Numbered from the stretch's first letter, positions 1-13,100 are shown. The stretch is 64,000 bases of DNA from Catajapyx aquilonaris (GCA_000934665.2 JYFJ02000470.1:1-64000); one strand, 5' to 3'. The notes: generated from the letters alone by a model not told the origin. Program-made: numbers and translations.

Positions 1-78
1 GGGGCTCAGTGTGAATGTGCGTGACATGGGGGTTGGGGGTAGAAATATTCATAATAATTAATTGTTTTCCGATATTAT

Positions 79-185
79 GGATGGAATTTTCGTCCCACTG
101 ATAGTTACTGATAACTTAGCAGTACCAGTGTTGGCAATGGTACTGCTAAGTTAGCAGTAACTATTAAGAGACGAAAATTCCACCC
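79..185. repeat. ~107-bp imperfect palindrome (MITE-like foldback)
   Basis: Left arm GGATGGAATTTTCGTC..ATAGTTACTGATAACTTAGCAGTACCA pairs with right arm TGGTACTGCTAAGTTAGCAGTAACTAT..GACGAAAATTCCACCC around a ~10-nt loop. Confidence 0.75.
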
Positions 186-1803
186 GATGAAAGTAGAAGT
201 GGAAAATAAATGAAGTATTGAGTTTGGGATTTTTTTTTTTTGCATGTTGGTCAACTTAATAAGGAAATAATTATTTAGCCCGTATTAAGTAACTATTAGT
301 GAGCAACTGTTAATCAGGTCAGTGCAAAATTTTTGTGAGGTAGATGAACCAGGCAAGTTGGAACAGGGCATTGTTTGGATGGGATGGAGTCATGTTGATG
401 CCTGTTGATATGTGCTGCATTGGCCTTGGGGTTGGAAGTAGTATTCAGCTTGGCCTCATATTTCTGCCTGTTCTGCAGCCAAATTCTGAATTCCTTTAGT
501 TCCATATATGAAGCTCTGCCACCCTGTTTTCCTTATCTTTGGGGACAGGCAGGGGAGGAAGGGTTCCTATCATGAACTATGTGAACTGTGCTTCATCCCT
601 TTCTGCTTCAGAGCCATTGCATCAGTGTTTTAAAATTCTCCAACATCGGGAGCCTGGACTGCATGTTTGGCAGTTATCAGATACTACCTATAAACCTGCC
701 CAATAAAATCGAGGTCAAACACTTATCTCATCCAATACAGCCCTTTCATTTAAAAATAACCCTTACATGATTGTTGTCTTGCATTGGGTGACTGTAGTGG
801 ATGCAAATCTTGTGAGTGCACTTCATCAAGGACTCGTAATTAAGTTGTCTTATTATGTAACCTTGGCGAGATTAATTAGTTAAGAATGTTCTTACATAGA
901 AAACTTGTGTAAAGGTATTATGGCTTGGTAGTTCTGAGTTGTGATACCTTTGAAATATAGGCTCAGTCAAATGATTAAGTCGCATTTTTCAAAGGGGGTT
1001 GTAGATTTGACACAAAACCCAATATATTTGCATATATATTTTTTGAGAATAGCTTTTTATTGACAGGTTGCAGGATTACCAATCATAAATTGCAACTTGA
1101 TTATAATCTGATTGTTTTCCCATCTTAGTTGAGAAATTACCGGTAGCAACAAGAGTGCCAGCACAATTCTTGCTTGTTGCTACTACATTATAGGGTGATA
1201 AGTTCGCATTATTATGGCGTTTATTCCTCCTGGCCTGCCAACCACTAGGTTTGCTCAGTGAAATGTAGATTTAAATTATTTATACCAAGACACATCATGA
1301 AAGTGGTCACTTATACATTATGGAACATAAATTAGCACAAAAGTGATAAACATACGTAACATTCTAATATACGTAACTCAAGGTTTTGGTAGCAGACGGT
1401 AGGACTTAGTGTCAGTGGTAGATGTTGCTGTCTGAGTTATTCAAAATGCAGTTATAGTTGCTAATATCTCATACGCGGTAAGGATTATGGATGCAGTGTA
1501 GCATTTCCAAGAGAGGAGTACGTAAACACTATAACAATTGTTTATTGTGTGCCTGCACCTCAACTTGAGAGATATCACTGAGCTATCTGACGGTGGCTGG
1601 CAAACATTGCTGGCATGAAAATTGTAGGTGCTCTTTGTTGACTTCAGTGTACAAACACAGTGAAATCAGATTTCGTAGACTTATGTAACATGGACAGAAG
1701 CACAATTTCATTTGCCTTTGTTTTACTCTGGTGCCAACTGTGGGTATAAGCTGCATTAAATGTTAACGTACCCCTGCAGTTTTGTTACCAGTTACTAACA
1801 GAA

Positions 1804-2853
1804 ATGTCTCGTTACAGCCCATCAAGCAAGATGGAAGTTGACAGCGTTAAACCTGAGGAGGAAATTCCAAACCCCAACACCAATGGGTCTGCAGACAGCA
1901 CCAACAGTGCCCCTCCAGGTGGAAAGAAGAGACGGAAACATCGGCGAGGAAAGAAGCGCAACAGATGTGGGCATTCGTCAGAACAAGTCGCTCCACCAGG
2001 TGGCGCTGCCAGCTCTGACTCCGGCAGTTGTTTAGCCGAGGATGAATCAGGCTCACCTCCACCAATGGCAACGAGGGTGGTCCACCGCTCCAGAAGATCT
2101 CGACGCCCAGTACTGCGCCCACTTAAAGTTGCTTGCGCTCCCAAGAACTCCACCCAGTTCATAATGGATGACCATGAGAACTCTTCCCTATTCCGCAGCT
2201 TTGATCAGCCTGTCCTCTCTACTGGTGAAGATGATGAGTGGGACTCGGCAGCTTATTCAGCAAGAGAGTTTGAGCAGGCGTACCGCAGCAGTCGAGAGGA
2301 GGCACTTCTGAGGTTGAGTGCAGAGGAAATGGTTGCGGAAATGCACCATATGGAGCGGAAAATGCAAGAGATGCAGCATCAGCTGAGCATGTCTGATCCA
2401 CATCGCCTGATGGCTCAACTTCAGGAGCAGTTGTTGCAGCTTCAAGAGGAGAACCGGATGTTGAGGGAGGGAAGGTGCTGTGAGAAGCACCGGAGGGAGG
2501 TATTGGAGGCTGAGGAGATGGAGAGGGAGGCAGAAGAAGAGGAGGAGGAGGAGGAGGAGGAAGATGAGCTGGAGAGGAGCATCTCGGCCAATGATGAGTT
2601 GGAGAGGAGCTATTCAACTAATGAAGAGATGGAGAGGAGTTACTCAATCAATGAGGAAGTCGAGAGGAGCTCACCCACTGAGGAAGTTGAGAGAAGTGAT
2701 GCAGCTGTTGAGGAGGATGAGAGCAGCTCACCCAAGAGGAAGATTGCGAGGATTGATTCACCCGACCAACATTTTGGGGGAAGGTGCTCCCCTGTTGAGG
2801 AACGGGAGAGGAATGGCATCGCCATAAGGGAGGTGGAGGGTGATTCAACTTAA
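1804..2853 (+). CDS. HEXIM: HEXIM-family P-TEFb inhibitor / 7SK-binding protein, single coding exon, 349 aa
   Basis: Basic KKRRKHRRGKKR segment (KHRR 7SK-binding motif), APKNSTQFIMDDHE (variant of the APYNTTQFLM motif), acidic region, FEQAY..EALLRLSAEEMV coiled-coil cyclin-T-binding region. Acceptor CCCCTGCAG just upstream of the ATG. Confidence 0.88.
   Translation: MSRYSPSSKMEVDSVKPEEEIPNPNTNGSADSTNSAPPGGKKRRKHRRGKKRNRCGHSSEQVAPPGGAASSDSGSCLAEDESGSPPPMATRVVHRSRRSRRPVLRPLKVACAPKNSTQFIMDDHENSSLFRSFDQPVLSTGEDDEWDSAAYSAREFEQAYRSSREEALLRLSAEEMVAEMHHMERKMQEMQHQLSMSDPHRLMAQLQEQLLQLQEENRMLREGRCCEKHRREVLEAEEMEREAEEEEEEEEEEDELERSISANDELERSYSTNEEMERSYSINEEVERSSPTEEVERSDAAVEEDESSSPKRKIARIDSPDQHFGGRCSPVEERERNGIAIREVEGDST
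2566..2697 (+). repeat. Coding tandem repeat, ~5 x 30 nt (E-[LMV]-ERS-x-S-x-N-[DE]) following a (GAG)n poly-Glu tract
   Basis: ELERSISAND ELERSYSTNE EMERSYSINE EVERSSPTE EVERS, visible in both DNA and protein. Confidence 0.85.
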
Positions 2854-5800
2854 GTGAGGGTTCAAAAAGGGGTCGTCCATTAATTTTGCAGGGCCACATC
2901 AGGTCTCATTGAATGCATAAGGTCTGGTACAAAAGAATGTGATATGAAAAGCTGAATTTGTTGATATAGAATTGCATATTCATGGCTTGATATGTGTCTT
3001 ATTTTCAAATTTACTAACACTGCTTAGTTGCCATGTAATGATCATTGCGCAAGGTTCACATGCCCATACTGGAGCAGATTCAAAGGTTGCAAATGCAGGC
3101 AGAAACATACTAGAACCAAAACCTCCATGTGAAGAATGTAAACTTGAAATTGGGGTGTTCCCATTTAATTAAGTAAAGATGTTTTCTGTCCAAGTTGACA
3201 ATACGAAGAGCGGGGACGGGAGAGAGTAGATGAGAATTTGTCATTCCTAGGCCATATTCGAACTCCAATCCAGACTTTGCACTAGGCTTAGGGGCTACCT
3301 TTACCTTATTTACATACATGTTTGCACCTGTATGACCCTGTGTGCTGAAAGTGGACTGTTTTCCCCTGTCGCTTGTCTGGATCGTCAACCTGGGCAGAGA
3401 AGCATCCTGCATTTAAAAAATAATATTTTTAGTCTGTTTCACAGAAGCGCAGCACTCATGTTTTGCGGTATGGTTTAAACTTGTTGTTTGTGATTCCATT
3501 TCAAGTCAAGCAGCTACATCAACAAGTTCAGTCAGATATTTTGAATCTTTACAAAATATGTACCACATGTGTATCTTCTCTGCATAGGAATGTAGACTAT
3601 AGTTTTATTTGGAGGGAAGTTAAATTGTATTTAAAATATGAAATTATATATTAATGTGTGCTTATTTTTTCTCAGAGGAACAGAAAACTCATTGATCATT
3701 ATATATACACATCAATGCAGGGATATAATTATATGGATATAATTATATGAATATAATTTTTACGTTGCAAAAGAAGTTATGGAAGTAATGAAATAGAGTG
3801 ATGTTGTTGCCTCTATTGTCTGTAGGGTTTTAAAGGCCGCGTGTTATATGAAGAGATCAAAACTCAAGTTGTTGTACACAATTGTGAGCTAGAGTAAGGC
3901 ATGTGACAGTAAACATCCTATGACCGTAAGTCCATTGCAGCAGAGAAGTGAAAAGTATACGATTTGTATTCACATTATTTTCTTTGCTGCATGGACTTTC
4001 TGAGGCTGCTTTACTCGCATGTGCCAAGCCTTTTCTGATAGTGGTACCAGATGAAGAGATGACAGGATGAAAATTATTTCCTTGATTTGACAAGGGAATC
4101 ATCCTGTTTCATTTCACTGCTACTAATTTTAATGCCTTTTGAGGGTGTATGGTTCAGGCAATGCTTGACAATGATCTCGACTCAGATAATCTGGCTCCAA
4201 CTTTAATATGACCATGATGTAGTTGGAATGGACCAGCCTGCTGATTTTTCAAGTATGTCAGCTTTCATTCGAAATGTTAAAGACACAGAGGAAAATAAGG
4301 TTTGATGCAAGGAAACTGAAGCAGGTGCTGAGAAACTGTATCAGGTGGTTAATGGACGGCCCCCAAAATATGCATTCTTTTAAACCGTGTTCAAATGGGA
4401 AGGACATCACGTCGCAACTGAGTAGGGCTTGGGGTCTTATAAAATTGCTTTGAATTTCAGGAGCTCGATGACATATTTTTGGTGACCTATGTGACCAAAT
4501 GTGATCTGATTGTAGTAGTTAATGATGACAGTATTTTTGATAAGAAATTGGTATAATTTAAGTCATTTTATACCCGATAAAAATGCTCGATGCTGACGCC
4601 CGGTTCAGGTTCAGGAACAAGCATTTTAACGAGAATTTGCAAGTCATCAAGCTCTGAATTCAAATAATGTAGTAGGTTATGAAAAAGTAGTGAGCATACT
4701 TGCTTGTAATGCAATTTACATGCACTCATCTCTTCTGTCTCATGCAAGAAAGAGTCAATAGTACTCAAGTGAAATTGCCCTGCCTATATTGAATTATGCA
4801 GCTAAACCACTGTTTGAATAGTAGCTGTATTATTAGATTTTTTTTTGCCTCTATCAAATATTTTTTTAGGTATGCAGTAGTTACATTGTTCCAAGCCCTA
4901 CAAATGGACCAAAGACTGCCACATTGTTCAAAAGTTGTCATCTTTTTTTAAAAAGTTTCGCTGACATTATAGCAGCACTTAAAGGATGCAGGGTACATGT
5001 GACAATAACCAAAAAAAAACAGTTGCAACGTGTCGATTTTCTCACATGTAGTTGCCACCAAATCTTGTTGTACATGTTGGATAAGAGTTTATCATAGTAA
5101 TAAGTTCGGAAGATACGGCAAAGAGCAATCCTCTTCCAGTGAATTCAGAGGCATTTGCTGCTTAATCTCCATAAAGTTTGATTCATTATTTTCGTTTTAT
5201 ATTTTTGTGAGAGAGAGAATACCAGGTTAACGGGATATCCCCCTAACATGAGATTACTTTTGATTTTATTCTTCGTTGAGAGTGTACATATGTGCAACTT
5301 GCTTGTTTTTTTTTTTCGTTACTTTCATTTTCCTCCCCACTTTTGTGCATCTGTTAGCTTTGTTTTCCCTGTCCTCCTTAGCCATATGCAATGTACTGTA
5401 TTATTGTGTACATACTAATGTGTACATATTGATGTACAAAATAAATACAGTGTTTCGTTCATTTGATTCATTTTTGTCTCCTTCTAACACATCCAGGCAC
5501 ATGCAGGATATGCCCATGAGCAATGTTTACATACCCTCCCTCAAGCAAGCAAAGGTGACCTTACGGGCCCACAAAAAAAAAACGGAAGGCAATGCCTCAG
5601 GTAATGTGAGAGTTGGTCCACTGGTGCGGCAACTATCCAGGTGAGGATGGAATTACCTGCGGGGGTTGGGTGGATGGGGGTGAGATTGGAGATGCATACC
5701 CAGCCCCCCCCTTACAAACTCCATCCCCCCAAAGAAACCCCACCTTCCTGGCCATCCCTTGCCTCCATTCCCTGAGGTGGGAACTGGGCGGGCGAGTAGC

Positions 5801-6662
5801 GGTATTTCTACCTCAGCTTGCTTGGCATCAGACCTGTTCTTTTTCTTCCTCTCGGTTGCATCTATCCGATCACACGTCCTATACACACTCTTCCAAAACG
5901 TGGAATTGCGACGTGGGTCTATCCACGAATAGGTAAGTTTCAAATTGTTTTTGGTGACAATTATTATTATTATTTTCCAGTGCCACAGATTATTATTATT
6001 GCGATGTAATAATTTATTGGAGTACCGTGGGAAAATGAGGATCTTTGGGTCACTTTGTAGATCGATTGTGTGTCATGGACTATATCGTGTTGAAATGCAC
6101 GCACATTTTGGGATGTTGCGTGCAGGTAATCTTGATTGTCTCCGCGTATTTTTGGAGTATGTACCGGTAATCCGATTTGTTGGCGGGGTGTACACACATT
6201 TCATTACGATTTCGTCAATATAATTCAGTCAGTATTATGTTGTTTATTTTTGTGACAGTGACTAAAATGTTACATGTATTTTTCTGCTACAGATTCAGTT
6301 TTGCAATTTGGTTGTCAACGTTGCATAACCGCGAATTTTTTTTGCAGCCTTAAGCCGTGCGAATTTACTGGAAATCCCGTATTATTCGCTCCATTGTCTA
6401 TGCTAATGACCAGATAAACCCAAATTTCTGAGAGAAAAAGAGGTGAACCAGCTTTTTGATACAATTGGCGAAAAGACTAGGATTATTGTGGTCGTAGACA
6501 AAGGAGAAAAGAAATTCCCGTTTGTAGCATGACGACCCCTCCCTGTCCTCTGTGTGTGTGTGTGTGTGTGTCTCTTTTTTTTTTTTTTAATCTTCTTCCC
6601 CTCCCATCTAACCCCCCGTGAGTGGAATCCATAATATGCTCGTCTTTTTTGCACACAGCACG

Positions 6663-8335
6663 ATGGCTGATCTCGGGATTATCCGGTCGTATCCCCCAGA
6701 CTCCGATTCCAATAATTCAAGAACCCCGTTGGCCTGGCAGCATCGACATTACAAATTCCACAAAGAAAACAGCAGCAACTCTTTCGGTAAGATGACCACA
6801 TGACGAATCGCAAGTGAATAAAAGAGGAAGGAATATAATGTTCCCATTTTTTTTTTCTTCTTCTTCTTCTTCTTCTCCAATGCAGGATATGATTCGACTG
6901 AGAAGAATATGTGCCATGGAAGTTTGAGGCAGATGCCCGTGACACCTGTACCAGATTATTACGGTCCTCTCATGCCCAAGAAGAAGGCGAACACGTGCTT
7001 CCGGTACCATCACGCTCGAAGGCCCTTGTCGCCCAACAGTATCGGAAGCAGCACGTATGAACCAGAATGTCCGGTCGAGCGACTCAAACAGCGCCTGTCG
7101 TAAGTGGAGTAACTGCAGACAGCAATATCAATTACTAGTAGTGAACCTGTTACTAAAATTTGGCAACACTGCCCGGCCCTCCCTCCACTTGGACGTAGTA
7201 CGATATGCCACTACCAGTTGGCGCAAACGCTCCCTCTATGCACACTACTGCCGCTCTCAGGGGGCACTAAGTGTCATACTACCTGCACGTTGGTGATGAG
7301 TTACCGCGAGGACAAAGCCCGCACCTAAACGCTACGTGTCTGGACTCCGTTGAAGTGTGTCCCAACTTCTGACCGCTATAGAGAGTGAACATGATAGTTG
7401 TGTCCTGTCATTATAGTTGGACGGGAAAAGTGATAACTATGGTAACTACATGCACTTAGGTCCTAGGTGATGAGCCATATACAGGGAAGGGACAGAGTCA
7501 CGCTTAGTGAATTCTGAACATGATTACTGATAAAATGGAAAGTTTGTTTCTTTGTCCAGGTTTTGTTCCCATGGCAACCTGTTGCCATTGATTATCAGTT
7601 TTGCCTAATTTTTGTCAAAATGGGTAATTCACTAGTTTGCTAAAAATTTAAATAATTCGATTTTTTTCTTTCTTTCTTATTTTCAGGAGGAATCGGAGGC
7701 GGCAAATGCCTCATCATTCACTGCGCTCGATCCAGTCTGTTCCGGTTATCCGGGACATCCCGACATGGGACGGGGAGCCATGTCCGGTGCACCATTCTCA
7801 CCCGGTTTATTACCCGGACCATCTTCCGGCGACAATGAGCAAGGCCAGTTCCACTTACGACATGTGTCTGGCTCGTCTCCAGCAAAATCAGCATCACCAT
7901 CAGCCCTTGCCATTGTCCCTGCCTCCGCCTCCGTTGAGGTCATCGTCTCCGAATCACCTGGAATCCAATCCGTACTACATCCAACCGCCGCCGAAGACAT
8001 TGCCCATGATTCTTCCGAGCCAGCAGAACAAGCAGATGTCGATGATGACACCTCATCATCCTTTGGTGATACCGGCCAAGGAGGACCTATTCGCAGCACA
8101 GATGATGCCACCGCCTCTTCTTCCTCTTCCGGTCCGTGACCCGAACAAGCGCAGCAAGAGCGTGACCTCTGGTGGGTCACTGCCCTCCAAGGAGTCCGAC
8201 TCATGCAATTCGGACGACAATAGGCAGAAACATTTGTTCGGGATTCGTGGAGGACTCACGGTCCTCTGGATCATTATTTGCGTCATTGTTTTGGGTGTCC
8301 TCCTCGCACTTGTACTGTGCTTTACCATTGTTTAA
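6663..8335 (+). CDS. Uncharacterised Pro/His-rich protein with a single C-terminal transmembrane helix (tail-anchored), ~328 aa
   Basis: Coding exons 6663-6786, 6886-7099 and 7687-8335 join in frame through canonical GT-AG introns. C-terminus GLTVLWIIICVIVLGVLLALVLCFTIV*. Probable 5' UTR exon ends at donor AG|GTAAGT near 5932. Confidence 0.75.
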
Positions 8336-10135
8336 CATTTGCTTTGAGGATTTATCATTGTTAATCTGGAGTACGGGTGGTCAGTTTCATACGGCCTGTT
8401 TGAGATACGCAAGTTATTCGTAACATACGCTGCTTACGGCTAGGGAAATTAACAGCTACACAATGCATGATTTGGGAATTCTGGTTTAATTATGTCACTG
8501 GGCTCAAAGGGTGATAATGCGATAGAACTCACAATGACTAGACTAATATGCACTTCAAGGCTAAATGTGAATGAACCTTGCTTAATACAATCCCATCAGC
8601 ACCGCCAAGGAACAGCTGAAACTGGTTTTTTCTGCGCACATTAATGCTTCAACCAGGGAATGGTACATAGGTCACTCGTCACTGCGCCAATAATGGAACT
8701 AAAAATGAAAGGCTTGCGCTATTTTCTGGTATAGAATCAATAATACATCGGATTATATGGCCTAAATCGTCAAAAATGGGAACGTCCTCTATACCACAGT
8801 CATCCAAATTCACAATAACAGTGTAGTCGTCTTTTTGACTGCATTTAGACACAAATTCATGGGACCAAGGAAATGTATTTATAACTTTAAAAAATATAGC
8901 ATACATAAAATATTAGCCAACAGGTTTAATAGGTTAATTCGCCAAAACTGCGACATGTTTGTAAATTAAATTATGAGTTTTTATACCTCCCTCCCCCCTT
9001 TTTCAAGTATCCCTGCCAATATTAATGTATCGAATATATTAACATAATGTATTAATATGTATAATTAATATACTATATCATTGTTATACAAGTAGTATTA
9101 TGTTTGAAGTTATTCCTAAGAATTATACCGCCAATCAACCTCACTCCTCTATTCTTGTCCTCTCTTTTTGTAGATCAGTAGATATGGTATCAGTCAAAAT
9201 CATAATTTCCTTGTTCTTGTAAAGCACCAGCATTAAATATGGAAACATTACATTACGTGATACACATACATACGTGATACATTACTCGTGGCCTTCCACG
9301 AAAGAGTGTTGTCGTAATTCTATCCCGTACTGTCTCTTGTATCCCCGGAAAGAATCATACTTCCGGCGTCTCGGGTTCGTTGTACATGTGCGGAATGTGG
9401 GTAAGGGAAAACAATCGTTTTTTCACGCACGGAAAATACTTTCATCACTTGAGGGGTCTCATATCAAATTTTTTGGGGGGTGTAACACAAATACTGCAGC
9501 TACGTCCAGAAATAATCGGATGTTAATTAGGTATTAATTGCATATTCGCGTATGTATAGATGAGCCGCGGCAACTTATGGACGCAAAAAGTTTCAAGCTT
9601 GTACCAATGAAAGTTAAGTTATCATCAGATTTTGCTCATTTTACGACATTTTTTTTTTTACTTATCCGCTTTTGAGATGAGACACCTCACTTGTGTGGTC
9701 AAAAGTAGTTATGTCGTATATCCTTGTATTGGTACACGGAATAATTACCATATGATCGATACTGGGGGAACCCACGCTCAAGTGACACACCACATTTTGC
9801 ATCAAAGGCATCCATTTTTTTTAAAATAGCGCGCTCCGCAGTAGTGCCAATAGGTACTTGCGCCTATATTTAATAACTGTTAAATAAAAATTATATGTTT
9901 GCTTCAAATCGTTTTGATTTTACGTTTGAATGCAAAACGGCACTTTATAATGCCAAATCATCATGTCGTTTGTCTCACTGGAAGGGGTTGGCATCCCGGT
10001 TGTGTGTCCACAATGGCGTCCTCGTGTCCAGCGGGAAAAGAGAGGCCGCCGGCTTGATCTGGGAATATTTCTGGATCGGCGTCTTCTGATCAGCTCCCTC
10101 AGGACGTCCCCGGACACGGGAAGAAAGGGAGAGAT

Positions 10136-13100
10136 ATGGGGTAACTACATACCTATGATGGGACTCATGATTTTGCCCAAAGAAAGGGCTTGAATATTAC
10201 CGCATTGTTTTCCGTTACTTTTTGAACCATTTGTGTACTGCTTTTCAGGTCTAACAAAACACTTTGGACCCTGATATCAGGGACGACAGTATTAGCGTCA
10301 GGAGATGTTGTTGGGATGCAACTGGAGGAAGCCCACGACAAGTTGATCAAGGGGATTAATTTTTACCTACCTCCTTCTGCCAATTCGCTGGCCAAGTTTA
10401 AGCAGAAGACACAAGTAGATGAAAATCACGTTAAATTTGTTACCAAACTTAGCAAGCTATTGGTAAGTTGTGGTTTATTACACAAGTGTATAGACTGCAT
10501 AGTGACGCAGTGACAGATCTCAGTCCAAGAGAAGTGATACGCTTTTTGATAGTAATTTTTCTTTACTTCCTTATTTTGAAACTCCTTAGGACCCTAGATT
10601 GTATAAGAACAAAAACATTCCCTTCAGTAAAAAAAAAAGACTTCCGTGACGGGATAAAAGTATTGTGAAAATACTGTGCTTCATGACAAATGGGATGATT
10701 ACATGGGATGTTTTTTTCAGCAATTGGATGAACTGCAAGCATGGGATCTCCTCTGTGTGTACTTGACGTATGAGTACAGAGGGACTACTGACACATTACG
10801 AAGCCAACTTGGACAGGACAGAGAGGTTCAAATCTTGCTAGTGGACATATGGTATTTTCATCACAGCGAACGCCTTTTCCTGCTCAAGTGCCTTAAGCAC
10901 ATTGTTGCTCTCTGGCAGGATGACAGTCATGAAAACCAGGTAATTGTTGTATTGTTAGAATATGTTTCAAAAAGAGTAATTTATATCCTCAATTATATCT
11001 TCAGGAATACTATGCCGGATTTCTTGAAACATACAATGCAGATGGAGTCCTGAAGACGAACCTTATAAGCCAGTTGACCAAAGTGATGGAGGAATATCCC
11101 CCTGGAACTGAGACACATGGACCTTACTTGACCGAAGCATGCATTAGCTCCTGGAAGTGGTTTAACCTTTGCGAACAAATTGACATCCTACAGATAATTC
11201 TTATCTACATGCAGAGTCATTCCTACACCAGTAATGATTTTTACACGTTACTGAAGCTCTTTCAGGCAAGTTAAAAATTTAGGCAGGGAATCTCATGTAG
11301 TTACACGCTCACTTAGTTTTTAATCGAAATATTACAAATTGACTTTACAGAAGCATGGATTTGGTGTGAGGAGTCACTACTGGCACGTGGTGGAAAAGAC
11401 TGAGCATCTCATAAAGACTGTTAATCATTGCCAGTCATTAGTCTTGGTGTTCATGATGGATATTACATCACTCGCTCAAGGGTAAGCAATACGTTTACTC
11501 TTCTTCTGTAGCATTGTAACTGAGATCCTTGAATTGCAGCATTGAGAACACTCTTTGGGCTGATGCTGATATCAAGGCCAAATCAGACGAGATTTTTCTG
11601 ACCATGATAATTCAGAAGGAGCATTCCCTGGTGGCACTAGCATGGATGCTGTTTCAATATTTGGGAAATGAGCAACCCAGCACGTTGAGGCAGTATAAGA
11701 AGCTTGGCGAGAAGGCCGTTCTCTACAAAGTACTTGCTTTCATGGATGACATCATGAAGAATCCAATGATCCAGGTAAATTTGCATTTTGGTGATTTGTT
11801 GAAACTCTCTGATTCCATCTTGGTCTTGTACATGTGAGTTTTCTTGGGATTCTGTTGTTTTCTCCCACTCAATATCTATTATTATTTGTGAAGCCATTCA
11901 TAATGCCAGGAATTTTAAGAGACTTGACTCGTATGGCTTGATGGACAGGAAGAGATCCGATTACTTTTTTACTTTTTTCTTTGCAGACAGGGACAGTTTC
12001 AAGCTTAGCGGCTGCCATAATCTACAGTGTGCTGGACCCCGTTTTGTCAGTCTTTGAACACATGAAACTAGGAACAGAGGATGACCTGAAGGTCTTAATT
12101 TGTGATCTGATGCAGCAGGAGCCTTTAGCCATGGAAACCTGGCGCCTAGGATCCGAGAGTGGAATTGGTGCCTACCACCTGTCAGCCATTGACAATTTTC
12201 CCCATGACTTCCTTACCCTTGTTGACTTGTCAGCAGCAATGGCTTCATCTGGAATTAGCCCATGTAGGAAAGTGATGGACCTGATGGAAAGCCTGCCTTT
12301 CTTCAAGGAGCCACTGGATAACGTGCCTGGCTCGAAACTGGAATCTACGAGGGGAAGTGTCTGGAGACTAGCCGTGGATCATTATCCTTTTCCAGGTAGT
12401 ATGGACGTGGTGATTCCTGCTGGGACACAGGGGCATGTATCGGAGTGGCCCCAGGTGACAGTGCAGTGGAGGTGTAACGTCAACGGGTGGGACGTCATCA
12501 ATGGAAAAGTGCAGGCATTGCTGCTGCAGGTTGGTTGGTTGGCTATTCTCAACTTGAATAACATTTCTAAATAAAGTTATTGGGACGATTGTGAACTCCA
12601 TTTGGAAACATGTCAGGAGTTGCTGGAGGAAGAATATATTAATAACTGCAATCCTTAATCATGGAAAATTCATAATTGATCATGTATTGTTTCTTTATGA
12701 GGTAATTTTTGGGTATGGTATACCTTGTTGTTTGTAACATTTCTATTTAAAGTCTATTCCATATCATTCCAGATGCAGAACTATGGGATGGGAGTTCTAC
12801 AAGGCGAGGCTATCCATGAGGTGACACGTGTGGCAAACTTGGTGCATCGTATTTTGGATATGCTGGGTGGCCCGTCCCTGATATCTTTGTGGCCCATAGT
12901 GGATTCGCTATTTATGATGTCTGAAAGGTTGTCCCAAGTGCCTAGCAGGGCCCCATTAGATGTGCTGTCTGGTTGCATGGAGGTGTTTGCCTGTGTGGCC
13001 AGGACACAGCCTGGTGACACCTGGAGGAGGCTGTCCCAAGCTGACATGTTCCCAACCTTATCTTCTTCATTCACATCCACATTGGACCCATCCCAGCTGT

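Noticed and set aside
314..770. Minus-strand ORF fragment (ELKEFRIWL..CPVPTC..H) reminiscent of a decayed BEL/Pao gag
   Set aside because: Short, interrupted, with no LTR or pol context; the similarity is too vague without a search.
2854..5450. Possible 7SK or other ncRNA near HEXIM
   Set aside because: No GATC-paired 5' stem or Pol III signature was seen; it reads as a long AT-rich 3' UTR with AATAAA near 5440.
7746..8204. Long antisense and alternate-frame ORFs over the orphan gene's last exon
   Set aside because: Shadow ORFs of GC-rich coding sequence, without splice or start support.
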